Assembly (NCBI GenBank): GCA_964016885.1 | Contig: OZ024742.1 | Coordinates: 254,820,001 to 254,884,000 of the forward strand | Origin: Eledone cirrhosa | Taxonomy: Eukaryota | Length of the DNA: 64,000 bases | Reading direction: 5' to 3' | Shown: positions 27,007-38,605 of the stretch, piece by piece | Position numbering within the stretch: the first letter of the stretch is position 1 | Layout of the letters: each line of letters opens with the position of its first letter | Notes under the pieces: generated by a model | Seen by the model: only the letters and a program-made list of their open reading frames with translations | What the model was told of the DNA's origin: nothing | Database searches by the model: none | Position numbers and translations under genes: made by a program

Positions 27007-28150
27007 CGGTCACTTGCTATTAGCAATTGAACGTGGTGACACACCATATAGGTCTTTCCATCAGAGGGAGGCGAATTCCCGCTGGGGGACTGGTCCCACG
27101 CCAACTCACCTAATGTGTTCTATCATTACCTAGTATTCTGTACATGGCTGCTCGTTTCGGAACACTGCCAGCAGAGTGGAACCGCAGAAACTTGCAGCAA
27201 TCCCGGTGTTTCAACATTCCTACCTACACAAAGCTATCTTCCTCACTGATCAACGCATGTGGGCACTCTGGCCAGCTGATTTCGAATTTTAATAATACGA
27301 ACTTAATTGGTCATTGAGTAAGTGACGAAACGACCGAAGCTATGTCCGTTCTATTCGACACGCTTTGCCCTTTAATTATTTTAGTTCCCAGTTATGTATA
27401 CTGCATTTAAAATATAAGTTGAACATTCTCACTCGGTTTCCCTAATTGGAGTTACTTTTTATTGTTTGCTGTACTGTATTTGTCTTCCATTTGAAAGCAC
27501 ACTGGTAGAGTGATTTTGGCAATCGTCATATTTTTTCAATGTAAATTTCTTACCAACGAGTGTCCCTGTAAATGGTCAGGCCAGGCTTATATTTTCTTTA
27601 ACGTGACGTCACTAGAGGGTGTAATCTGCTATGGTCACTTGCTTCTAGCAACTGAGCGTGGTGGCACACCATATTGGTCTTTCCATCACAGGGAGGCGAA
27701 CTCCCGCTGAGGAACTTGTCCTAGTCTAAAAGTACCACCTTCGCTATTGTTCACGGAGCTCTAGCTTACCGTCTGGGTCTCAGAAGATCGACCTTCCCTC
27801 GAGATCCAGGCCGTTTTCTAAACATCACTGCCACCCAACCTCCCATTCCCGATGCGAAGATCTGATAGTCGTCGGAAATGGGAGCTAGTGCGCGTATGTC
27901 GGAAATCCTAGTCTCACTGACGGCAAACACTTCCATATCTCGTAACCTGAGGAAGTTCAGCAGGTGATCCTGCTTCCAGGACGACCCCAGGCCTCGAACA
28001 TTTAAGCGCCCTACACTTAAGATGACTATGTTGGCAAGCTAAAATTGAGAGGAAAAGTTTACTTACCTCCCGGGGGTTTGTGGAGGTCGGGTAGTTCAAC
28101 CTGCTTCTTTTAGCTGGGAGAAAAAGGCTCGCAGGTGCGTGGCTTCACCA
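27007..28150 (-). mobile_element. Deleted Tx1-type derivative, copy E (5' end, ORF2 junction, APE/RT scraps)
   Basis: 5' end GGTGAAGCCACGC is identical to copy C. 27740-28030 resembles the APE start. 27007-27085 is duplicated at 27633-27710. Confidence 0.65.
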
Positions 28151-28379
28151 CAAACGAAACAGTGCGGCCGTCTGCCATCGGTGATTACCTGGATTTCGTA
28201 CCCGTCAAGTATTTTGATGTGACCGGTATATTTTTGATATTTTCATGTCTCATTTGGAGAAGAATCTCCAAACCAATCCCGAGCCACCTCTTCTTGCTTG
28301 TAAATTTGACATCAAGGAGGGTGTCAGGGCCCTCTGCCACCATAAGCCACCACAAGTCCAATCTCGACAGAATCCTGGG

Positions 28380-29712
28380 AACATATATATCTTTATATAT
28401 ATAAAAGCGAGGATGTGTGTGTGTCTGTGTACAAATTTGGATACCTAAGGCTTTTACAATTACCAACCGAATTTGACCACATTTTCTGTGCACGTTGCAC
28501 GGGTCGCTAAGATGGTCACATCATAAACATTTTTCCAATCGACCCACGTTGAGCAATAAGAATTCAATATCAAAATTATCGGTAGCAAAATTGATGTAAG
28601 GGAGATAACCAACTTTATTGACAATCCTTATAAAGAGACTGCTTATTTTGACATGTTGGGGACAAATAATGTTCTTCTTTTACTTCCTAGCTCTATATTC
28701 TTAGCATAATTTCAAACCCCAAGCAACGCCGGGTAAATCTGCTAGTAAACAATAAATATGAAAATTGAAACAATGAAAAATTCCCTAATAGGGTGGAAAC
28801 CTCCGAGGGTTACTCGTAGCGAAAACCACACAAAAGACTACGGCCACCCTGACCACCAGGGCAAGCGACCTCTCTCAATTTTTCCATTTCTCAAACTACA
28901 GGCGTATATTCAGAGCTGTCCCGTTCCCTCGGACCATTCTCGCTACGTTCACTCACCTTTCAACAAACTTGCTAGAAGGCAGCACTTGCCTATCCACCCT
29001 GATTTTCCTCTTCAAGTGAAACTTGAAAAATTTAATTAGGGATTCGCCGAAGAGGAAAGTGTCTGTCTTTAACCCTTTCAACCTTGTACACCAGACAATC
29101 TCATTCACCATGGCCACTAGGCAGATGAAAACCGCCTGCCCTTCCTCCTCGAAGGAAGACGGCGAGACCATCTGCACAATGGACTCAGTCGATAACCGGA
29201 TCAGTCCTACACGCGACAGTAACTGTTCGACATAGCTCCACCAGTCAGCAATGCTCGGGCACTGAAGGAGTACGTATGTTGTCAAATGTATCAAATGTAT
29301 CAGTATTAGTAGCTTCATGACTGCTACTTGATGGAGGAGAGAGGAGAGTGGCATTCGCTTGACTTTGGGACGGTGAAGAAGACGAAAAGGAAAGCATGAC
29401 TCCACGCTGACAGCTGGACGGAAAAAAGAAGGTTGAGGAGGATATCTTGCCTGAAAGGGTAATTTTTGAGTGAATACACGCCATGGAAATGGATTTTTTT
29501 GAATGACAACAATTTTCTTTTTGGTGGGACGTATTTGCTAGATGCAAAGTTCAAATTGGGATTGAGCCCTGAAGGGCTAAATACCAATTAATTTCCACCA
29601 CTTCAGTGTTTAAACAAAAACAATATGATTTTTACATTAAGTTCGCAATAAAAACTGTTAAAAAAATCAGAAAAACAGGAACAAAATTTCCTGCGACGTG
29701 TATACTTCCACG
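28380..29712 (-). mobile_element. Internally deleted Tx1-type element, copy D
   Basis: 28746-29265 closely matches the 3' end of copy C (44025-44543). 29270-29712 resembles a Tx1 5'UTR and Ser-rich ORF1 start. 5' end abuts (AAT)n. Confidence 0.75.
28390..28745 (+). mobile_element. Non-autonomous Helitron inserted in the Tx1 3'UTR
   Basis: 5' TC(TTTATATATATAAAAG), 3' CCC-aagcaacgcc-GGG hairpin then CTAG, inserted between A and T. The flanks rejoin to AACATATATA|TAAACAATAAA as in copy C. Confidence 0.8.
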
Positions 29713-29751
<39 letters not shown>

Positions 29752-31358
29752 GTCCTTGCCCTGATGCCCTTGACCATTATGCTGCGAAAAGTGAGAGCAG
29801 GATACAAGTTGGGAAGGGGAGAGCTTACCATCAATCACCTCCTCTTCATGGACGATCTTAAGCTCTTCGGGAAAAGTGAGAAGGAGTTGGATGTGCTTGT
29901 TGACACTGTCCGTATTTTCAGCAGTGATATATGTATGCAGTTTGGTATTGGTAAATGTGGAGTCATTGTGATGAAGAGGGGTAGGTTGAGCAGAAGTAAC
30001 GGGATCCAGATACCAACAGGTGAGATGATAAAGGAAATTGACTCTGAGGAAGGATACAAGTATTTGGGCGTTCTGGAGGCTGATGGCATAAAGAACAAAA
30101 AAATGAAGGAATTGTTAAGAACTGAATACATTCGGAGAGTAAGGAGCGTATTGAAGTCACATCTGAACAGCAGAAATGCCATAAGCGCAGTAAATTCCCG
30201 AGCTGTGTCTATTATTAGGTACAGTGCGGGAATTCTGAGATGGAATGTTGCTGAACAAAAAGAAATGGATAGGAAGACTAGGAAGATATTGACTATCTAC
30301 AACATGTTCCACAAGAGGAGTGATGTCGATAGACTCTACCTAAGGAGATCTGAGGGTGGAAGAGGTCTTATCAGCATAGAGGACTGTGTTCAGATGGAGA
30401 AAAACAACCTATACAAATACGTGACCTATAGTAAGGAGCCAATGCTCAGAGCTGTACTGAAGGAGGGGACAGTAGGCCAGGGGATATCCAAGGAGGAAAT
30501 AACATCAAGGAGGAAGAGCAGCCTTAAGGGAAAATCCCTTCATAGTACCTTCTTTGAGAAAACTGAATTTAGAGATCCACAGACATGGAACTGGTTGAGA
30601 AGAGGAGACCTCAAAAAGGCTACAGAAGGAATGCTAATGGTTGCGCAGGAGCAGGCCCTCAAAACGAAGTGGTTGAAGCACCATATCTACAAGGAGGAGG
30701 CTAGCCCACTGTGCAGGATCTGTGGAGAGAGAGAGGAGACTGTGGCTCACATTGTGTCCGAGAGTAAACACCTAGCCCAGACCCACTATAAGGGCTGGAG
30801 ACACGATGTGATGGGCAGGGTGATCCACTGGCACCTGTGCAAAGTAAACAATCTACCACATTCTGAGAAATGGTATGAGCATAGGCCAGAGGCGGTGATG
30901 GAGAACAGTCAGGTGAAGGTGCTGTGGGATTTTAGGATACAGACGGACAAAAAACTGGAACACAATAGACCTGACCTGGTGGTTGTGGACAAAGAAAAAA
31001 GATCGTGCCTGATTGTGGATGTGGCCTGCCCGTTCGACACGAGAGTGCAAGAGAAGGAGAGGGAGAAAATTAACCGATACCAGGACCTAAAGTGGGAGGT
31101 GAAAAGGATTTGGAACTGCCATGAAGTCAAAGTGATCCCGATTGTCATAGGCGCACTGGGGACTATCTCCAAAGGTTTCCAGGGATGGTTAAAGAAAATC
31201 GGCCCCTTCACGCTTTTTGGAACGCTTCAAAAGGCATGCTTGCTTGGAACAGCAAGAACCCTCCGATACGTCCTGAATATCTGAGGCTGCAGGTAGTGGC
31301 TTTATATTCAATCCAACGGACTTTCCAGTTAACCAACATCAATGACTGAGATTCAAGG
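29752..31358 (+). mobile_element. 5'-truncated R4/Dong-type RT-RLE retrotransposon, copy 1
   Basis: Open frame to 31284: HLLFMDDLKLF, CRICG..ETVAHI, RHD, RPDLVVVD..IVDVACP, EKINRYQDL. About 7 differences from copy 3. (AAT)n on both sides. Confidence 0.95.
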
Positions 31359-31635
31359 AATAACAATAACAATAATAATAATAATGATTTCTTTATTAAC
31401 CACAAGGGTTTACATAAAGTAGACATTAAGGACAGTGCAGGACAATGCAGGACGGTACAAATGGGCATTTCTGCGTGTAAAAAACAAAAACAGAGGATGT
31501 AACAAAAAATAACAATGAAAAATTCCCCAATAGGGGGCAGACTTCGGAGGGACATTTGTGGAGAAAGCCCAGTAAAAAGCCACAATGACCCTGACCACCA
31601 AGGCAAGTGCCCTCTCCCAGTTTTCCACCTTTAAT

Positions 31636-34600
31636 TTACAGATATATACTCAGAGTAGGTCCATTCACTCGGGCCATTCTTGCTTCTCTCATCCATCTTT
31701 CAACAAAATGCTGGGAAGAGAGCACTTCCCTCTCTACTCTGATTTTCCTTTTCAAATGAAATTTGAAAAAGTCAATCAGAGCATCACCGAAGAGGTAAGT
31801 GCTCGTCTTCAGCCCTTTCAAACGTGTCCACCATACTATCTCTTTCGCCATGGCCACCAGACAGATAAAAACTGCCTGCCCTTCCCGGCTAAAGGAGGAG
31901 GGCGGGGCAATCCTCACGATGGACTCAGATGATAGCCGGATCCGTCCTAAACGCGACAGCAGGTGTTCGACATAAACCCACAAGTCAGCAATTTTCGGAC
32001 ACTGGACGAGTGCGTGCAGGACGGTTTCGTCGCCCTGCGCGCATCTCGGACATGCCCGGCTGACGGCACCTCCATGCCTGTAGAGTTTATCCCGAACTGG
32101 CAAGGCTCCTCGGTAGCACGGCCAGGCCAGAGATTTCTGGAAGTTGTCCATAGGCCTCGGCCCGAAAGTTCTTCCGAAGAGATTGGCTAGTTGATTTTCG
32201 TCGACGCCTAGAGTTTCCCCAAGTACGTCGTCGCTCTTACCCTCCACTAATCCTCAATAGAACGCCGAGGTGGAGTTTCCACCGATCACATTGCCCGATT
32301 GGTCGAGGGCTGTGAGCGCCTGAAGACATTCCAGTCTCCAGGCGCTCCCTCTCGGTCTTCGCTTGACCCAGGACTGCAGCTCCGTCAAGGAAACGAGCTG
32401 GGGAAATACGCGCCTAGCAAACGGCGACCACACCTGATCACCGTCGAGGAAGAGGTGGAGATGTCGTAGCCTGAGCGCGTGCCTGCGCATCATCAGCCTC
32501 GGCATGCCCAGCCCTCCACGTAGCGGGTGTTGACAACAGATGGACCGCCTGACCATCGGAGCACGTCCCTTCCACAAAAAGCGAAAGAGCAAACGCTCCA
32601 GCGCAGTCAGGCGAGGCTTAGGACAAGGTACGACCGTCAGGCGGTAGTAGATGACAGACGCGATGTACGCGTTAGCCACCTCCGCTCGACCTTTCAGGGA
32701 TAGCTTCCTCTCCGCCCATTTCTGGGTGAGAGAAGCCACCCTACTCGTCACCTCGTCCCAGATTTTGTCCGTCTGGAGGTCCGGACCGAACCAGACCCCT
32801 AGCAATTTAACCGGTACGTCCGTCCAGCGTCCGACGACGCTGTTGGACGGCATGGACCTGCCTCTCCAGGTGCCGAGCTGCAGGCCCACTGACTTTTCCT
32901 GGTTGATCATTGCTCCTGTCACCGCTTCGTATTCTCTTAGTGTAGTGCCGATCGCCTCGATGTGTTTGGCGTTCGACACCACTACGGTGACATCGTCCGC
33001 ATATGCTGACACGGATCTTCCGCATCCTAGTTCGCGCGGGACTCCCCTCAACGTCTCCAGTTTGTGCAGTAATGGCTCGAGAGTCAATACGTACAAAAGG
33101 GACGAGAGGGGACATCCTTGGCGGACCGAGCGCATGATGTTGAACGGTTCCGACAGGTGACCGTTCACTCTCACCACAGAGCAGATGTCGCTGTGCATGG
33201 CAGCGATCCAGCCTCTGAAGACGGGCCCAAAGCCAGCCGCCCTCAGGACTGCCGCTAGGTAACGATGGTCGACCCTATCGAAAGCTTTCGACTGATCTAA
33301 ATTGATCAAGGACCCACCCGTGCCAGGTTCCTTAGCTACCCTCTCTATGATGTATCGCATGAGGTGGAGGTTGTCGTGGATGGATCTGTCGGGAATGGCG
33401 CATGTTTGCGCCTCTCCCACCAGACCACCAACGACAAGCGCCAACCTCTTTGCTAGCACGTTGGCCAAAATCTTGAACTCTGTGTTTAGCAGTTATGGGC
33501 CGGAAATTGTCTATGTTATCCCCCTTGTTCGGATCCTTTCTCAGCAGTGCCACCGCTCCTCGGCTCACAGAACTGGGAATTCTCCCGTTCTGTTGCCAGT
33601 TGCAGTAGACGTCCGCCAAGAGGCCTCCGAACAAGTCTGGCATCTGTACGTAAAGTTCATAGGGCAGACCATCCAAACCAGGCGATTTACCCCTTGTGCA
33701 GCCAGTCATTGCCTCCCTTACTTCAGCGGCTGTTATCGGCTTTTCGCAACACTTCGCCTCAGTGGCCGAGAGCCGCGGCAGTCCGTCGAGGTAGACACTA
33801 AAGTCCATCCCTCTACCCGGCCCACCGCTGCCCCCGAACAGCTGAGCGAAGTGTCGCTGAAAAGCTTCACACATTTGCCCGGGATCGAGTAGCATGCGCC
33901 CGTCGTGGTCCACCAAAGACCGGATCGTGGCTTTGTTGCCACGACGCGCCTCCGCCACTCGGGGCCATTGAACGGCTTTCGTCCCCTCGTGTCTGAGAGC
34001 ACGCACCCTTGCTCTGACAACGCAGCCTTCGTGCTTTGCATTGAAGAATTGGTCAAGGGCCAATTTCGCCGCAAGCACGTCGGTCGCAATGCCTTTGCTA
34101 AGCGCCTCGTCTAATTTTCTAACTAGTTCTCCCTCTGCTCTATTTTTCTCTATTGCTAAAACCTTACTAAACCTAATCGATTCTATTCTAATCGCTCTTT
34201 TCAGAGCAAACCACCACTTGTTGTTGACGATGGCCCCCGTCAACGCCCGCTTAACTAGTTCGCTAATCCGGTCTCTGTAGGCCTTGCGCGCTGGTAAGGA
34301 CGCGTTTAGCTTCCAGTAGCCGGGTCCTCGTCTATGAAGCCTATCTAAGTCAAGCACACAGATCACGAATTTGTGGTCCGTGTAGCTGACTATCTTGAAT
34401 TGTGGACAGCCTATGCTAGACCTATCTATTTCCCTACAAAATACTCTATCTAGATATGATCTGGATGACCCTATGCGGTTTGTCCAAGTCCACATTGGCA
34501 CATTCGGGAAATCCAATCGGTACCTGTCAGACAGTTCAAAACGCCTGAGCAGGTTGGTGAGGCTCTTGCACCCTCCACCCCTATCCGCTAATCCCACACA

Positions 34601-35053
34601 GTCCCAGCGTGCATCTAAGATCCCGTTCCAGTCGCCCACTAACACTAAAGAGCGGGACGTTCCAAGAAAGGTCTCCAGACGCCGGAAGAAATCAGGCCGC
34701 CCTGCTCCTGTCGGGGCATAGACGGCCACTAGCCTGAAAGCTTGCCCGTCTCCGCTGGTCACGTCCAGCACCACCAGCTTACCCTCTGGGTCCAGGAAGA
34801 TGGCCCGTATGGCGAGATCCAAACCTCTCCGAAAAAGTACAGCAACTCCTCCACCGGATCCAGGACGGCTGGGAGATGCGTACACATCGTAGCCGCCGAA
34901 GATCGGTGCGAAGGCCCGTGCTTCGGAGATTCTGGTCTCGCTGATGGCCACTACATCTATGTTTAGTGACCTGAGGTCGTTGAGCAGGTGACCCTGCTTC
35001 CATGACGACCCCAAGCCACGCGCATTTATGCTGCCTATTCTGAGTGAGGTCAT
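31636..35053 (-). pseudogene. Tx1 ORF2: APE endonuclease, reverse transcriptase, CCHC
   Basis: SINARGL, ISET, VYAP, GDWNG, LDR, YTDH; PGLDG, QGCPLS, YADD; CPRC..ETVLHALVQC. One 2-bp deletion near 33492 and one in-frame TGA at 32254. Confidence 0.93.
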
Positions 35054-35300
35054 GTTTAAAATAGAGTGGAAAAGATGGGAAAGACCACTTACCGTACTTT
35101 TGGTAGAGGAGGGATGGTTTTTACATCCCTTTTCACTTGATCGTCTGGGGAAGGGACCGTTGAATCGTCCCTTCGGCTGGTCGTCGGCTCTTCTAAGAGA
35201 ATGTCTGAGTATACTCTTCGATTGATGGTTCCTCCTAGGTCCCTGAAATCACCAACTGCGTTGGGGAATTTCGTTTTAATGTTTGTGTATTGTTTCTGTG

Positions 35301-37175
35301 CTATTTGATTGGTGCTGGTATTATGTAGTCCTGTTGTGAAATGTCTGTGTGTTCAATTATGTAAGTCATTAGTTTCTTGTTGTGTGTATTTATTGCCGTG
35401 CATTTGTTTTTCTGGGGGTGGGGTGTGGTTCTGCTATTTTCTTGTCGTTGTTGCTGGGTGTGTGTGTTTTGTTGTTGTGTTTGCGATGTTGGTGCTTGTG
35501 GTGGTGGTGTTGAAGGTGTTGTTGGCGGTGGGGTTGTCGCCGGTAGTGATGGTGGTGCTGGTGTGGGTGGTGTTGCTGCTGTGGGTCTCTTTGCAGTAGA
35601 CTTTACCCTTTTCTCATTTCTTTCCTCCCTTTTCAAAGGCGACGATGCGCTGCTTCTGCGTTTGTGCCTTCTTGCGACCTTTTGCCATCCCTCTCCCACC
35701 TCACACTCCATGTCTGATTCTGTGAGGTCGGGGAGGGGTACCAGCTCCACTCTTTCACTTGTTGTTGGTGATGTTTGCACTGGAGTCTCTGTTGCAGCTG
35801 CATTTGGTATTGCTGTTGTTGTTGTTAATATTTCCACTGCTGCTGCTGTTTTTGATTTCCGTGGAGTGGGTATGGGTGCCACGGACCTATCGTTCCTGGT
35901 TGCCGCTTGTCCTGTTGCTGGTAGCCGTGGAGCCGGATTCGGAAGGAGGGGGGTTTTCTCCTTTCTCAGGGTCTTCTCGTTGCAGAAGGCCCTGAGGTGA
36001 GTCTTCGATCCACAGCGAAAGCATTTCGGGCGTTTGCCCTCAACACTTATGGGCAGTTGAGTGCCGTTATCGAAGTCTATCACATCCGGGATAGCTTCGA
36101 TGCACTCCTGGTTGGTTTGGATTAGCATCTCAATGGAGGAGCCGACCCAATCTTCTCTTACTTTTTTCTGTACTTGCAGTACAGTTGTTTTGTCCTCGAT
36201 TCCGACGAGGACAGACGCGGCCAGCCAAGAAGGGGTCATTCCGGGGGGGACGTGGGTCAGTTTGACCCTCACAATTTTTTGCCCGCAGTAGGAGGGCACC
36301 AACACCATTTCCTCGCTCCTTAGGGTCACTACTGATTGGGCCTTTGCCTCCTGGGGTGTGGCAAAAAGTACGTCTACGGTGGCATATTTTTTGCCTCGGG
36401 TGATGTGCGTTTTCCGCTGCCACACAGACCCCAAGGCTTTTTGTATTTGGGCCTCTGTGGCTCTTTCCACCCTACGGGATTTTGTACTTACTGTACGGTA
36501 CGTGACCGTACAGTGCTCTTGGGTCTCGAAAAATTTTTCCGCTGCCTTTCAGATTGCTCGGTGTCCGTTCTTTGTCACCATCTTCTTCGCTTCCTCTAAT
36601 TCCTCATTTGTTATGAGGATTGTTTCCAAGTTTTTCGCAATACCTGCAAATGAGATTGGTTTTTCTCTGCTGTTGTTGTTGTCGTCAGAGCTGCTGGTAC
36701 TTTTGTTGTTGCTGCAGGTACTACGACTACTGCCTCCGCCGCTGTTGCTGTGGTTGTTGTTGGTGTTGCTGCTGCTAATGCTGTTGTTGTTTATGCTGCT
36801 GGTGATGCTGTTGCGGCTGCTACTGTTGTTTTCATTGTCACTGTTGCTGTTGTTATTACGGCTGCTACTGCTATTATTCCTGACGTCAGACGAATGAACT
36901 GGGTTTTCGTATTTCCCGCACACCTGTTTCGTCGCTGTCGTCGTCGTCGTGGAGAAACCTTGCACGCTTTGCACGAGACTTTTCTTTTCTTTCGTCACTT
37001 GCGAAAGAGAAGGGAGGGAGAGAGACACATTTAAAGAAGGGAGGGAGAGAGACAATCTTCTCTCTGCTGTAGTGATGATTGAGGAAGAAGAAGACGGAAT
37101 GAGTGGGAGTGACGTATGAAATTTCTTTTTCGTAGCCATGTTGTTTTTTTGTTTAAAATGAAATTTTGGGTACAA
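35301..37175 (-). pseudogene. Tx1 ORF1: Asn/Ser-rich N-terminus and zinc knuckle
   Basis: The 208-aa and 389-aa ORFs share a frame, split by one TGA at 36549-36551. CFRCGSKTHLRAFC (CX2CX4HX4C). Confidence 0.88.
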
Positions 37176-37376
37176 AACCCCAATAACTGGTTATTTAACC
37201 CCGAAGGGCCAAATAACGGACAGAAAGACCCCTCTCACGAGGAGGAGGGTGTCTTTATCAACAATTTGGTTCAAGTTTTAAACAATTTACAATTGTTTTA
37301 ACGGTTAAAAATTACTATACCTTACAGAGCCGAGCCTCCGTCAACCATGGCCTTCAATAATAATAATAATAATAAT

Positions 37377-38535
37377 CGAGCTATGTCTATTATTAGGTAC
37401 AGTGCGGGAATTCTGAGATGGAATGTTGCTGAACAAAAAGAAATGGATAGGAAGACTAGGAAGCTATTGACTATCTACAACATGTCCCACAAGAGGAGTG
37501 ATGTCGATAGACTCTACTTAAGGAGATCTGAAGGTGGAAGAGGTCTTATCAGCATAGAGGACTGTGTTCAGATGGAGAAAAACAACTTACACAAATACGT
37601 GACTGATAGTAAGGAGCCAATGCTCAGAACTGTACTGAAGGAGGGGACAATCGGCCAGGGGATGTCCAAGGAGGAAATAACATCAAGGAGGAAGAGCAGC
37701 CTTCAGGAAAAATCCCTTCATAGTACCTTCTTTGAGAAAACTGAATTTAGAGACCCACAGACATGGAATTGGTTGAAAAGAGGAGACCTTAAAAAGGCTA
37801 CAGAAGGAATATTAATGGCTGCTCAGGAGCAGGCCCTCAAAACGAAGTGGTTGAAACACCATATTTACAAGGAGGAGGCTAGCCCACTGTGCAGGATCTG
37901 TGGAGAGAGAGAGGAGACTGTGGCTCACATTGTATCCGAGTGTAAACACCTAGCCCAGACTCACTATAAAGGCTGGAGACATGATGTGATGGGCAGGGTG
38001 ATCCAATGGCACCTATGCAAAGTAAACAATTTACCACATTCTGAGAAGTGGTATGAGCATAAGCCAGAGTCGGTGATAGAAAACGACCAGGTGAAGGTGC
38101 TGTGGGATTTTAGGATACAGACAGACAAGGAACTGGAACACAATAGACCTGAACTGGTGGTTTTGGACAAAGAAAAAAGATCGTGCCTGATTGTGGATGT
38201 GGCCTGCCCATTCGACACGAGAGTGCAAGAGAAGGAGAGGAAGAAAATTAACCTATACCATGACTTAAAGTTGGAGGTAAATAGGATTTGGAACTGGCAT
38301 GAAGTCAAAGTGGTCCCGATTGTCATAGGCGCACTAGGTACTATCTCAAAAAGTTTCCAGGGATGGTTAAAGAAAATTGGCCCCGCCACGCTTTTTGGAA
38401 CGCTTCAAAAAGCATGCTTGCTGGGAACAGCAAGAACCCTCCGATACGTCCTGAATATCTGAGGCTGCAGGTAGTGGCTTGATATTCATCTCAACAAACT
38501 TTCCAGTTAACTAACATCAATGACTGAGACACAAA

Positions 38536-38536
<1 letters not shown>
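37377..38536 (+). mobile_element. 5'-truncated R4/Dong-type element, copy 2 (more diverged)
   Basis: Open frame to 38462 homologous to the copy 3 C-terminus. The catalytic PD reads PE. (AAT)n on both sides. Confidence 0.95.

Positions 38537-38605
<69 letters not shown>

Larger units (their letters stand above)
31386..37355 (-). mobile_element. Full-length Tx1-type retrotransposon, copy B
   Basis: 5'UTR, ORF1, ORF2, 3'UTR ending AATAAAGAAATC(ATT)n. (AAT)n on both flanks. Confidence 0.95.

Noticed and set aside
29698-29751. Poly-Ile N-terminus of the 528-aa ORF as a signal peptide (also poly-Asn at 37347)
   Set aside because: It is (AAT)n read in frame into a truncated element.
32254-36551. 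In-frame TGAs in Tx1 copy B as selenocysteine or readthrough
   Set aside because: Copy C has Arg and Leu at the equivalent positions, B also has a frameshift, and no SECIS was seen. Simple decay explains them.
35377-36897. Long hydrophobic antisense ORFs opposite Tx1 ORF1 (also 5796-6596 and 49038-49514)
   Set aside because: They are shadows of A/C-rich low-complexity coding sequence.
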